64,000 nt of DNA from Octopus sinensis. Lineage: Eukaryota. The translations under genes were made by a program, and so were the position numbers. Position 1 is the stretch's first letter. Each line of letters begins with the position of its first letter. The stretch covers positions 95,542,001 through 95,606,000 of the forward strand of contig NC_043006.1 in the NCBI RefSeq assembly GCF_006345805.1, given 5' to 3'. This document shows, piece by piece, positions 27,661 to 41,036 of this stretch. Under the pieces are notes generated by a model, which did no database searches, had not been told where the DNA came from, and saw only the letters and a program-made list of their open reading frames with translations.

Positions 27661-29053
27661 TGTATAAATGTGTGTAAATTTTGCTATTAATGTTTAATGT
27701 ATATGTATGTATGTGAGTATAAAGGAATCGACCTGAATGTTAGTATATACAAAATGTAATTATACACGCGTTTGCAGACACAGGCTCCTCATATAACGCT
27801 TGTTGTCCCGAAAGTAATGCATTGCAAAAGCGGATAACACAACTTTTTTTTTTTATCTGACAGAGTTCGCTAAATAATTCATGTTGATGTTCCGCGAAGC
27901 AGCTTCTGCTAAATATTCTATATAGTTTTTATGCAGTCCATTAATGCCCCCCACTTTGAAGTTTATTCGTCTTCTTCGTTTAATTAATACACACACGAAG
28001 CCATAGCACCGATGACCTTGCGAGTCGTTTTGCACTCTCAATGATTAAATATCTGGCTTAGATGAACTAAAACTATATTACCTAGGTTCATGGGCATCCA
28101 TTTGTTGTTTATATATGTACGTAAGCATAGATCGATATCTATCTATTGGTGTGTGTGTGCGTATATATATATATTATATATATATATATATTATATATAT
28201 ATATAATAATATATATATATATAATATATATATTGCAGATAAATATATACATATATATATATCAACATATATACATGTATATATATGTACATGTACGTAT
28301 GTGCATATGCATATGTACATATATTCACACACACACCCACCCACAAATATATATATACCTATACAGATATACATTTGTACACATATACATTTGTACATAT
28401 ATATATTTGTATATATATATATATACACACACATATAAATATGTACATATATATATATCTACATATATATATATGTATATATAGACATATACGTATGTAC
28501 AAATATGCATATGTACATATATTCACACACACACAAACACACACACACACACGCATATACAAGATCTAGATAGTTCAGGTACCCTCGGAGAGATTTGAGG
28601 ATGCTCTTTGATTACCGTTTTTCGATTGGTACGGCATGCTTCCCACTCTGTACATTGCATTACATCCATGCATGAAGCAGAACGAAATCCGAATAGAATC
28701 ACAAGGTGATCGACTCGATTGAATGGTGCAATTTCCTTCAGAAGCTGTGTAAATTAATTTATTAATGGATAATCTCGGATTCAACGTGGAATATATGCTT
28801 GCTTATAACCATAGGGCTGTTGCGTTGATACACATATCACACGGCTAGGGAAATTAATGCGTAGGTTTTACACACACATGCACACACACATATAAACACA
28901 TGCGCACACACATATACAGACACGCAGACACGCACACATATGTATGTGTGTGTAGATATATATATATATATATGTATATACATACATACACACATATATA
29001 TATATATATATATATATCTACACACACATACATATGTGAGCGTGTGTGCACGC

Positions 29054-29084
<31 letters not shown>

Positions 29085-29809
29085 ACGTTGATATAGTGAG
29101 AGTAAGAAGAATGCAGAAAGAAAGCGATGGAAAAATAAATGAGAGAAGATAAAGTGTATAAAAATCTAAAATAGATATGGTATGTGTTCGTGCATCGTTC
29201 CTGCGTTCGGTATTGTTTTTATAGCATGAAATGTAAAGCGACAACAAAAGGACTGCGTAACACGTCCCGTGATGGTTTTAGGGTCACAAACGAAGGATCG
29301 GGCTTCATCATGTATGAATGAATAAGTGAAAGGAAGTCAGTTAAGACGGAAATCAATCAGACATCAGAGTTTCATACGAACACAGCTTGCTCAGTCTGAA
29401 AATTATGCGCACATGATTAACTTTCGTTAGTGAAAGGAAAGGGCAAAAACTAACCTCTTACACATTCACGTGATAATCCAGTTACCCATAGATTTTAGAT
29501 AAACCAACAAATTGGTCACAATGTCTGTAGTTAATCGATACAGCTGTTAATTAGAGATTGAGTCACTTGCTCTTGATTTCACGGTCGGAGTCAATCATCC
29601 ATCAACGGGTGATCATCGCAACGGAATCAGTCGAGAACATAAAATTTTGACATTTATAATTCATACTCTTTGACAAATATCAAAGAATCCAATCAAAGTA
29701 ATCTCTGCTTTAATTGGCGATTAGTATCATTTTATGAGATCGTAGACTTCCCTAATACATTTTTCTATCTTCCTTCATTCTTCCACGCCTTCGGTACGTC
29801 TATACATAC

Positions 29810-29945
29810 ATGCATGCATACATACATACATACATACATACATACATACATACATACATACATACATACATACATACATGCATACATGCATGCATGCATA
29901 CATACATACATACATACATACATACATGCATACATACATACCTAT
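29810..29945. repeat. (CATA)n microsatellite
   Basis: Direct inspection. Confidence 0.95.
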
Positions 29946-30509
29946 AGATATATTATATTATATATAAACACACACATGCACGCACACATACATACACGGA
30001 TATTTATGCATATGCGTGCATATATGTAATTATATCTTAAATTTTATATTAAATTTCTTGAGAGAGTTCAAGCCGGTCGCTAACATGGCGTAAAGGTATC
30101 TTTTAGTTAAGACACTTTTCTGTGTTGTATGTATGTATGTATGTATGTATGTATATATGTATGTAGGTATATATCCATAATGGGCAGAATGTACTAATTA
30201 CCATTCTGTTCATTAGATCTTGACATGAGATCAAAACAATTCTGGATCTTACCGACTGTACAGCCTTCGCTGAAGCTTCCTCCATTAGCGGTAATAACGC
30301 ATACAGGCCTACAAAGAGAAACATATACATATACACATAAACGGGTTTACTAATACATGCACCATTTATGCGTTTGTGCTTAACACAAAATGTCGTTAGA
30401 AAATAGTAGGTTGAGTTATAAGGCCTTATCACAAAATTTAATTTACAATGTATGTATGTATGCATAAGGGGCATATATATATATATATAATATATATCAC
30501 TGATTGACC

Positions 30510-30680
30510 GCTAACTCCACAAGTATTTTTTACTCTCTTTGTTTATTTCATCGTGTTCTTTTCTGCTGAAGAGCATAGGCTCGATACGTTAAAGACTCTA
30601 TCACGTTCCCAAGCGTCAAACCAATACACCTGTTTTTACACCTGTCTTCGTCTTTCGTTTTTCTGTAAATTTCAACCATA
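30510..30680 (+). mobile_element. Minimal-hammerhead pLTR-like element (core mutated)
   Basis: tttt-CTGCTGA-A-GAGC-atag-GCTC-GATAC-GTT-aaag at 30559-30594; ends at (TA)n. Confidence 0.6.
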
Positions 30681-30741
30681 TTTATATACTATATACGTAT
30701 ATATATATATATATATATATATAGATATATAATATATATAT

Positions 30742-30773
<32 letters not shown>

Positions 30774-30790
30774 ATATGTATATATATATA

Positions 30791-30862
<72 letters not shown>

Positions 30863-30863
30863 G

Positions 30864-30921
<58 letters not shown>

Positions 30922-30940
30922 CTATATATATATATATAAG
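30680..30940. repeat. Long (TA)n microsatellite
   Basis: Direct inspection. Confidence 0.95.
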
Positions 30941-31314
30941 GTGTATAATGGTTAAATGTGGATTCGTCCTTTAATTAGAGGTTTCTAATGTTGATTCTTC
31001 ATACTTTGCTGGGAGTTTACAGGCGTAAATCTGCGAAGATATGAAAGTAGCACTTGCATATGATGTATGATAAATTCCTTAAATTCTATTATATATATAG
31101 TAAGGCATGCGAAGTCATGTCATTTCCAGGAGATGCTGTCTCTGCTGCGAAGAATTCCTGTCCATCCTGTAGACCAATGAGAATATCATTAATAGAATTT
31201 CTGAAAGACTCTCAAGATGCCTATATGCATACAACTGTACTTTCGCACAGTACAGTGTGATTTATTTGGAGCAATGAAGTTTAGTTTTAACTCCCCCATT
31301 CTTATAAACACAAA

Positions 31315-31722
31315 GGCGCAGGAGTGGCTCTGTGGTAAGTAGCTTGCTTACCAACCACATGGATCAGGGTTCAGTCCCACTGCGTGGCACCTTGGGCAAG
31401 TGTCTTCTGCTATAGCCCCGGGCCGACCAAAGCCTTGTGAGTGGATTTGGTAGACAGAAACTGAAAGAAGCCTGTCGTATATATGTATATATATATATGT
31501 ATGTGTGTATATATGTTTGTGTGTCTGTGTTTGTCCCCCTAGCATTGCTTGACAATCGATGCTGGTGTGTTTGCGTCCCCGTCACTTAGCGGTTCGGCAA
31601 AAGAGACCAATAGAATAAGTACTGGGCTTACAAAAAGAATAAGTCCCGTGATCGAGTTGTTCGATTAAAGGCGGTGCTCCAGCATGGCCGCAGTGAAATG
31701 ACTGAAACAGGTAAAGAGTAAA
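31315..31722 (+). mobile_element. Full-length SINE family 2
   Basis: Same head, body and tail as 20725-21108. Confidence 0.9.
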
Positions 31723-32190
31723 GGATCTACTTAACACGCTATGTGAACGTATGCGCCCCAAACCACCCGTGTGCGTATGATTACATCTTCGTGGATGCTT
31801 GTATGCGCAAGTGTATATGCGCCTTGCAACTTACGCGAGGGCGTTTGTACATCCATATCCGTCAAAAGTTATTTTTAATACTTTTCTCGCTGTATTGCGT
31901 GTTCGTTTCTTTTTTCGTCATCTGCCATTTTATTTTTGATCTTCTATATAAATGAAGCTGTATCCATTCATTTGCTGCTTTTCTTTTCACGGGATGAAAC
32001 GATACATTACGAAACTGTTATTTTAACAACTTGTATCTTTTTATCACACGAAGAGACACATCTGCACCGTCAGACGTTCCTGAACCAGTTGTTAAGTATT
32101 CCACATGTGAGGAACCGATGCTACATGTGACGAAACAATTTACATGATGAACAGAAATTCTCGTGTCCTCCATCTTCCGCCTTTCATTTA

Positions 32191-32224
<34 letters not shown>

Positions 32225-32227
<3 letters not shown>

Positions 32228-32416
32228 CTTTATTGCCCATAGGGGGCTAAATATAGAGGGGACAAACAAGGATGGACAAAGAGATTGCGTCGATTACATC
32301 GACCCCAGTGCGTAACTGGTGCTTATTTAATCGACCCCGAAAGGATGAAAGGATGAAAACAAAGACGAAATACCGCTCTGTATTTCGCCCGGCGTGCTAA
32401 CGATTCTGCCAGCTCG
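32225..32416 (-). mobile_element. SINE family 1 with internal deletion
   Basis: Tail B and head present; the B-box segment is missing. Confidence 0.85.
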
Positions 32417-33832
32417 TTATATATATAGAATGGATAAGACAAAGGAATAACCGATTACTTTTTGAACTTCATTGGCTTACAGCTGTTTCCACTATAGGGT
32501 ACTGTGGACTCATATTTGAGTTTTGGTTTGTTTACTCTATTCTTTTGTTGCGCATCGACTATAGAGATCGATAGATTAAGTTTCAGACTTTTAAATTAAG
32601 TACTGGGGTGGATTTCATGAGCTAAAACATTCAAGGATCTGCCCCAGTATAGCCGCAGTGAAAGGACCGAAGTAAGCAAGAGATAAAGGGTATAGATATG
32701 TGGGCCATCTACAAAGTACGTCTTTATCCCAGTCCTGCAATTTGCACTCCATGCTTTCAACTCTAAAATATATGACTCCCACCATACGCTGAACGATGTG
32801 CCCCCATTTTCCAATCCTATATCATGGGGTTCGTAAGCAATTTTGTATGTAGATAACTCCCCCATTCTCCTTTGCACAAGCTGAAATATTGAACTGGAAT
32901 AATTAAAATAAGGAAATATTGCAATAAGAAATAATTCACATGTACACATATATTCTGTTAACATATTGCCATGCATATAACTGAGTAGAGCTGACATATG
33001 GCACAAAGGAGTCAGGTGTGTTATGCCCCTCCACTGGCCCTTTTGTGTTCCGTACCTTATCCCAAATTTATTATCCATTCACATTTCTCTCATACTTACC
33101 TTTTCATTTCTGAGTTCTCTTTGAAGATAGGTTGGATTAAAACATGTTAAATTATTCAGATTTTGAGCGGCATTTTCATATCTGAGTGCCATATGCAATC
33201 AGTTACTTTGTTCGGCGAAGAGTACCGTCTCGGTTTTACCAGTAATACAGTGGAGATTTTATTGACAGTATCCCGATATTTCCATTTCTTTTCAAAGTTT
33301 TTAAACCTTAGGCACACTTACGGATGGATTTTAATATTATCACCTACAAATTTCAGTCGAAATTGTTCCCGTCAGAATTTGAAAACACGCAGAGAAGCCA
33401 GAAACAATTGTATATGCTTTTCACCTGACTCAGTGGTGTGACTATCCTTTCGTTCACGTTCACGAAAAATAATGAGGTAAAAAATGATTTAGTAAATAAC
33501 AAATAACCGAAAAAACTAAAAGGAAACGAAAAAATAATAATGGAAAGAACGAAAGAACGAAGGATACACATTTAAAAAAATGAAAAGATCATTAAGTTCA
33601 TGCTAGAATTTCCTACAAATCTGTAAAACTACCAGGAATTTGGACATTAAGCCAAAATTTATTTCCGTGGAAGCTTTTAAAAATGTCGGTTGCTTACTGT
33701 AATTTTCAATGATAAATTGCGTTATTTGATAGTGAGGGATATCATTTCTACATGTCAGACAGGCAGAAGAAGAGAAAAAAACATGAAAAATTAAGGACGA
33801 ATGAGCGAACACGAGAGAGAGAGAGGGGGGAG

Positions 33833-34320
33833 AGAAGAAGAAGAAGAAGAAGAAGAAGAAGAAGAAGAAGAAGAAGAAGAAGAAGAGACAAAAAATAAAT
33901 GGTCGAACCAATAAACAAATAAAGAAAATGGAAGTTTGATAAATATTCTTTTCGGCTTGAGTATAAAACAAAAAATAATAGAAAGAAATTTTTTAGCATA
34001 AGCGGTACACAAAAAAAGCTGGAAAAAAACCCAGAGAAGCGAAACAAAAGTAATAAATTCAGAATAAAATTATTATTGTTGTTGGTATTCTTCTTCTTCT
34101 TCTCTTCTTCTTCTTCTTCTTCTTCTTCTTCTTCTTCTACTTTTTCTTCTTCTTTTTCTTCTTCTTCTTCTCCTTCTTCTTCTTCTTCTTCTTCTTCTTC
34201 TTCTTCTTCTTCTTCTTCTTCTTCTTCTTCCTTCCTCTTCTTCTCATTTATTATTATCATTATTATTTTATTATTCTATTATTATTATTATTAATTATTA
34301 TTATATATTATTATTATTAT
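33833..34320. repeat. (AAG)n, (TTC)n and (TTA)n tracts
   Basis: Direct inspection. Confidence 0.95.
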
Positions 34321-34591
34321 GTCGAATGAGGGTTCGTTCGATTTTATCAACCCCGAATATTTTATTGTGCATACTTTTATCCACCCCGGAACAATGAAAA
34401 TTTGAAGTGTAGGATTTGAGTTTACTGTCATCCTTCTGGTGTCGCTAAACTAGGGCAGTGTTACTTTCCCATTTGAAAGACTTGTTTGAACTCTTTCGCA
34501 ATAAGCACGTCCATGAAAACATCCGGCACTATTTTTGGTCTGCGGAAGAGCTTCCCACAAAATAAGGAACTGGGTGTTGAAATGATGTGAC

Positions 34592-35011
34592 CAGGAGTGG
34601 CTGTGTGGTAAGTAGCTTGTTGACCAACCACATGGTTCCGTGTTCAGTCCCACTGCGTGGCACCTTGGGCAAGTGTCTTCTGCTATAGCCTCGGGCCGAC
34701 CAAAGCCTTGTGAGTGGATTTGGTAGACGGAAACTGAAAGAAGCCCGTCGTATATATGTGTATATATATATATATATATATAATATATTATATATGCCTG
34801 TGTGTGTTTGTATGTTTGTATGTCTGTGATTGTCTCCCTAGCATGCTGATGTGTTTATGTCCCCGTTACTTAGCGGTTCGGCAAAAGAGACCGATAGAAT
34901 AAGTACTGGGCTCACAAAAGAATAAGTCCCGGGGTCGAGTTGCTCGATTTAGGGCGGTGCTCCAGCTTGGCCGCAGTCAAATGACTGAAACAAGTAAAAG
35001 AGTAAAAGAGT
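34592..35011 (+). mobile_element. Full-length SINE family 2
   Basis: Same head, body and tail as other copies. Confidence 0.9.
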
Positions 35012-35112
35012 ATATAATGTGATCCATTAGTCTTGCAAAGCTCATTTTCCGACGAATCTTGGAAACGAGTCGACGACAAGTAACGAAAAGATGGAGGGTT
35101 AAGGTCACAGAA

Positions 35113-35281
35113 GGCTTAGGAGTGGCTGTGTGGTGAGTAGCTTGCTTACGAACTATATGGTTCCGGGTTCAGCCCCACTGTGTGCACCTTGGGCAAGTGT
35201 ATTCTACTATAGCCTCGGGCCGACCAAAGCTTGTGAGCGGATTTGGTAGACGGAAACTGAAAGAAGCCCGTCGTATATATG

Positions 35282-35336
<55 letters not shown>

Positions 35337-35740
35337 ATGTTTGTGTGTTTGTGTCTCCCCCACCATCACTTGACAACCGATGCTGGTGTGTTTGCGTCCC
35401 CCGTAACTTAGCGGTTCGGCAAAAGAGACCGAAGCTTGTGAGCGGATTTGGTAGACGGAAACTGAAAGAAGCCCGTCGTATATATGTAATATATATATAT
35501 ATGTGTGTGTGTGTGTGTTTGTTTGTGTGTGTATGTTTGTGTGTTTGTGTCTCCCCCACTATCGCTTGACAACCGGTGCTGGTGTGTGTACATCCCCCGT
35601 ATCTTTGCGGTTCGGCAAAAGAAACCGATAGAATAAGTATTAGGTTTACAAAGAATAAGTCCTGGGGTCGATTTGATCGACTAAAAGCAGTGCTCTAGCA
35701 TGGTCACAGTCACATAACTGAAACAAGTAAAAGAGTAAAA
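35113..35740 (+). mobile_element. SINE family 2 with ~205-bp internal tandem duplication
   Basis: aagcttgtgagcggatttgg...aaaagagaccga repeated at 35227 and 35432. Confidence 0.9.
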
Positions 35741-37162
35741 CACTAATAGCGAAGACTCGAAATTTGCCACAAAAGACGACGATGAGAATAGATTACCTTA
35801 ATTAGTTGCTCCAACAAAAACATTGCTGCTATGTAAGGCTTTCCTATAGCATATAACCAGATGGTAATACAAATTTCGCCAGTACTTATTCAGGAACACG
35901 GTGACTGACTTTTAACAGATGTTGGGATTAGCCACCCGGTTCAATAGAAATTTGTTATATGCCAGAGAAGTGGTATTGGATTAAAATGTCTATCGTTGCA
36001 TCATACTTAATCGAAATACATCGCAAAAAGTTAATCAACTGCGGTATACGTCCGGGGATAATGTTCCTCATAGACACACCAAATCTAAAACCTCGAAATT
36101 ATATAAGCAGTAGGCGAAAATCGTGCCACGGCGGCGGATGCTGCATGTATATTTCTGCCTCGTTATGCAATATCAGTGGAAAATACCAAGCAACTTTCAT
36201 CGGCCACTGATAGATTGATGTTTTTAAACACCTCTAAAATAACACTGCAGTTCATTTCCCTTTCACAATGTTTCTGCATTACGAATGATACAAGGATTAC
36301 TATTCAGATCTAATACTGTGTGCGTCTCCTGCCTATAACGAATTCTTATTTAATATGTGTGTGGTGGGGCATGGATGTATGGATATAAAGCAACTGTCGG
36401 GGACAATAGTGGTTTATTGAGACTGAAGATTGTGAATTTTTCTTATTGAAGTACGATAAATAGAAGAAAGTTCTTTTTATATCTCACAGCAGGGAACTGG
36501 GTTATTTTTTTATATTTGCTAAGGACTGCTTGAAGCTAACTTTCTCCCTACACCTCACTACTTGAATCTAATATATGTATAAGAAATAATTAGGATTCAG
36601 TTGAATGAGGTACTTAAGTTGATGTGACAAGCCAGTCCGGTATTATCCGCACGGCTCGAAGTAAGGCGAATAAAAAGCAAATAACTAACAATGATATGAA
36701 GGTACTAATGCAATACGGCCGTTTGAAGCGGCTCCACTCAATCGAACAATGCAAGCATAACATCAATTTGAAATACAGCTCTATCTTCAGTTACAAAATA
36801 TAAATTTTCAACAGTCAGGGTTTTCAATTATAATTTTTAGCAAATATTTCATCAGAACTAGAGAAGGAAATGATTCCATGCTGCTACTAATGTGGCAGAA
36901 TAAGCTTAAAGAGAAACAACTACAATTTTGGAATGGCAGTAGTGGAAACACAGTAGAGGTAATAAGATTAGTCATTTAGCAACAATTTTTATCTATCCTT
37001 TTATCATCATCAAAATATCTAATGCAGCTAGTATTAAAACACTAAGAGTTGACAGTTAAATTGATATTGTTAGATATTCTCCCAAACCCAAATTCCCTAT
37101 GGCTATAAATTCACTTTACCACATAGAAAAAAAAAACAAATCTCAGACGAAGTTATTTAGAA

Positions 37163-37390
37163 GGCGGCGAGCTGGCAGAAATGTTAGCATGCCGGGCGAA
37201 ATGCCTAGCGGTATTTCGTCTACAGTTACGTTCTGAGTTCAAATTCCACCGAGGTCGACTTTGCCGTTCATCCTTTCGGAGTCGAGAATTTAAGTACCAG
37301 TTACGCACTGGGGTCGATATAATCAACTTAATCCGTTTGTCTGTCCTTGTTTGTCCTCTCTGTGTTTAGCCCCTCGTGGGCAGTAAGAAA
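37163..37390 (+). mobile_element. Full-length SINE family 1
   Basis: ggcggcgagctggcagaa...gagttcaaattcc...ttagcccctcgtggg. Confidence 0.9.
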
Positions 37391-38054
37391 ATGGCTAAAT
37401 ATCAAGAAAAATAGTTTGGGTGGGCTGACATAAACTCTTTAATTATTATCAGTTAAAGGGGCCTACAATATAAACTACAGGACGCTACAATGAGATCTAG
37501 TTGGGCATTAGCAGTACAGAGGGAAAAATAGTTATAATCAAAGTTATAATCTACGTATTATCATATTTAGTCTAATAAAAGTAAAACTTATTTATAAATT
37601 TAGGGAAGGATATCAGGACCAGGTAAGATAATAAGGATAAATAGACCAATTTAAGGAGTAAAAATGATTACTTATCCCCCCAAAAGAACAAAACATTGGA
37701 ATAATTTATCCTAGCAGAACATACAGGTGATCCTGATGAAAGCATTCAAGCAACGAACCAAGATTACATTCAGAATATATAAGGGAAGGAAGTGCATGAT
37801 ATCTAGTGATTGAAAACTAGGGATCAAAGGCAAAGAAAATAAGATAAAGGGTCCTGTAACAGATAATTTTATTTAAAACTATAAGTACAGATATGAAAAG
37901 TCTTAAAGTTTGTAATGATGTAAAGAGATATAACAGTATAAAAATATGTCATACACATATAAACGAAACTAGAATATAATTATATATGCATATATATACA
38001 TACATATAACATTATATATATATATATAATATATATATATAGATATATTATATA

Positions 38055-38096
<42 letters not shown>

Positions 38097-38427
38097 ACAT
38101 TAGAAAAAAACATTTTTCATAAATTCAAAATGAATAATTAAATCATACACATCTAGAAAATTACATATAATAGAAAAGTTAAAATTAAAAATAACTATAA
38201 AGTGTAAAGATAAGTAAATTGCCCAAAATAATAATAAAATGTATAAATAGGTAGAAAAAACGACACGTTTTTCGCTGCTATAATTAAGAAATGATTACAA
38301 TAGTAGAGAAATCACTTCGATATAAATATAGTCGCTCAAAAGGTTAAAAATAAAATAGAACAATAAACTAATTCATTAATAAATATGCTTTATAAGGTAT
38401 ATATATATTTTATATATATTATATATA

Positions 38428-38471
<44 letters not shown>

Positions 38472-38674
38472 ATATATATAATATATATTATTACTAAGCA
38501 ATAAGGGTTTAGCAACGAGTTGCCTTACCACATACCGAATTTAGAAATAGCAGTCAAAGGGTTATAGCATTTCTTCTACTAAAAAGGGAGATCTCAGTAA
38601 AAACAGCATTTGGAAGGCAGACACAAAACAGGAAAGAGGAGATGATTGACTGAATCTATCATACTTTTTAGTTA

Positions 38675-38778
38675 TCCAGGACGTACGTTTCGAAATCAAG
38701 TTTTAAGGAAAGCATAAGATAAATATTAAATATTAAATAATTCTATCTTACCGAAAATTCTTTTCTCTTCAGCGTAGA
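38675..38778 (-). ncRNA. Hammerhead ribozyme, array copy 1
   Basis: Minus strand TCTACG-CTGAAGA-GAAA...TTTC-GAAA-CGTACGT-C-CTGGA. Core intact; 1-nt deletion in the stem I 3' strand. Confidence 0.7.
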
Positions 38779-39263
38779 GTACTATAATCATAAATGATTA
38801 TATATTGAATTTTGAGATACCAGAAGGCACCAACTCAACTCAGTATCAGAGCGAGCTAGAATCCGCAACTGGTTCACGAATTCAATTTGTGAATGAAACG
38901 ATTGTGTCAACAGCCCCTTCCCACCCGCGTGTAGCCAAAACAAGATGCTGTGGTCATCTACTGAGATAAAATATGGTTATCCGTAATAATGAAGGGTGAA
39001 ATTAATTAATTTGGAAAAATTATCAATTACACCAAGTAGTCTTCGGCAGTAAAGCCTCATTCGAGGAAAATTTAAGTAATACTAAGCAATAAGGGTTTAG
39101 CAACGAGTTGCCTTACCACATACCGAATTATGATCAGTCAAAGGGTTATAGCTATTTCTTCTACTAAAAAGGGAGATCTCAGTAAAAACAGCATTTGGAA
39201 GGCAGACACAAACAGGTAAGAGAGAATGAATTGACTGCAATCTATCATACATTTTTTTAGTTA

Positions 39264-39371
39264 TCCACCGACGACGTACGTTTCGAAATCAAGTTTTAAG
39301 GAAAGCATAAGAATTAAATATAAATATTAAATAATTCTATCTTACGAAACTTCTTTTCTCTTCAGCGTAGA
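39264..39371 (-). ncRNA. Hammerhead ribozyme, array copy 2
   Basis: Core CTGAAGA / GAAACGTACGTC intact; small insertion in the stem I 3' strand (GTCGGTGGA). Confidence 0.7.
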
Positions 39372-39850
39372 ATACTAAATCATAAATGATTATATATGAA
39401 TTTTGAGATACCAGAAGGCACCAATCAATCAGTATCAGAGCGAGCTAGAATCCGCAACTGGTATCACCGAATTCAATTTGTGAATGAAACGATTGTGTCA
39501 ACAGCCTTCACCCGCGTGTAGCCAAAACAAGATGCTGTGGTCATCTACTGAGATAAAATATGGTTATCCGTAATAATGAAGGGTGAAATTAATTAATTTG
39601 AAAAATTATCATTACACAAGTAGTCTTCGGAATGTTAAAGCCTCATTCGAGGAAAATTTAAGTAATCCTAAGCAATAAGGGTTTAGCAACGAGTTGCCTT
39701 ACACATACCGAATTTAGAAATAGCAGGCAAAGGGTTATAGCTATTTCTTTACTAAAAAGGGAGATCTCAGTAAAAACAGCATTTGAAGGCAGGACACAAC
39801 AGGTAAGAGAGAATGAATTGACTGCAATCTATCATACATTTTTTTAGTTA

Positions 39851-39956
39851 TCCACGGACGTACGTTTCGAAATCAAGTTTTAAGGAAAGCATAAGAATTA
39901 AATATTAAATATTAAATAATTTATCTTACCGAAACTTCTTTTCTCTTCAGCGTAGA
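39851..39956 (-). ncRNA. Hammerhead ribozyme, array copy 3 (intact type I)
   Basis: Stem I UCUACG/CGUGGA (6 bp, one G-U); CUGAAGA; stem II GAAA/UUUC, AG/GA, AAGUUU/AAACUU; GAAA; stem III ACGUACGU; C17 at 39857, predicted cut between 39857 and 39856. Confidence 0.85.
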
Positions 39957-40443
39957 ATACTATAATCATAAATGATTATATATTGAATTTTGAGATACCA
40001 GAAGGCAACAACTCAGTATCAGAGCGAGCTAGAATCCGCAACTGGTATCACCGAATTCAATTGTGAATGAAACGATTGTGTCAACAGCCCCTTCCCACCC
40101 GCGTGTAGCCAAAACAAGATGCTGTGGTCATCTACTGAGATAAAATATGGTTATCCGTAATAATGAAGGGTGAAATTAATTAATTTGGAAAAAAATTATC
40201 AATTACACCAAGTAGTCTTCGGCATGTAAAAGCCTCATTCGAGGAAAATTTAAGTAATACTAAGCAATAAGGGTTAGCAACGAGTTGCCTTACCACATAC
40301 CGAATTTAGAAATAGCAGTCAAAGGGGTATAGCTATTTCTTCTACTAAAAAGGGAGATCTCAGTAAAAACAGCATTGGAAGGCAGACACAAACAGGTAAG
40401 AGAGAATGAATTGACTGCAATCTATAATACATTTTTTTAGTTA

Positions 40444-40549
40444 TCCACGGACGTACGTTTCGAAATCAAGTTTTTAGGAAAGCATAAGAATTAAATATAA
40501 ATATTAAATAATTCTATCTTACCGAAAATTCTTTTCTCTTCAGCGTAGA
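40444..40549 (-). ncRNA. Hammerhead ribozyme, array copy 4 (intact type I)
   Basis: Same core and stem I as copy 3; C17 at 40450. Confidence 0.85.
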
Positions 40550-41036
40550 GTACTATAATATAAATGATTATATATTGAATTTTGAGATACCAGAGGCACC
40601 AACTAACTCAGTATCAGAGCGAGCTAGAATCCGCAACTGGTATCACCGAATTCAATTTGTGAATGAAACGATTGTGTCAACAGCCCCTTCCCACCCGCGT
40701 GTAGCCAAAACAAGATGCTGTGGTCATCTACTGAGATAAAATATGGTTATCCGTAATAATGAAGGGTGAAATTAATTAATTTGGAAAAATTATCAATTAC
40801 ACCAAGTAGTCTTCGGCATGTAAAAGCCTCATTCGAGGAAAATTTAAGTAATACCTAGCAATAAGGGTTTAGCCAACGAGTTGCCTTACCACATACCGAA
40901 TTTAGAAATAGCAGTCAAAGGGTTATAGCTATTTCTTCTACTAAAAAGGGAGATCTCAGTAAAAACAGCATTGGAAGGCAGACAAACAGGTAAGAGAGAA
41001 TGAATTGACTGCAATCTATCATACATTTTTTTAGTT

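Noticed and set aside
37730-37762. ctgatgaaagcattcaagcaacgaac in the left flank of the array
   Set aside because: No GAAA adjacent to a stem and no stem I or III; it lies in apparently error-rich sequence.
40393-40543. Plus-strand intron-like signals in the array unit (cag|GTAAGA ... cttttctcttcag|)
   Set aside because: All downstream frames stop within ~25 nt and the acceptor is simply the reverse complement of the hammerhead CUGAAGA/stem II. A non-coding spliced antisense transcript is not excluded.
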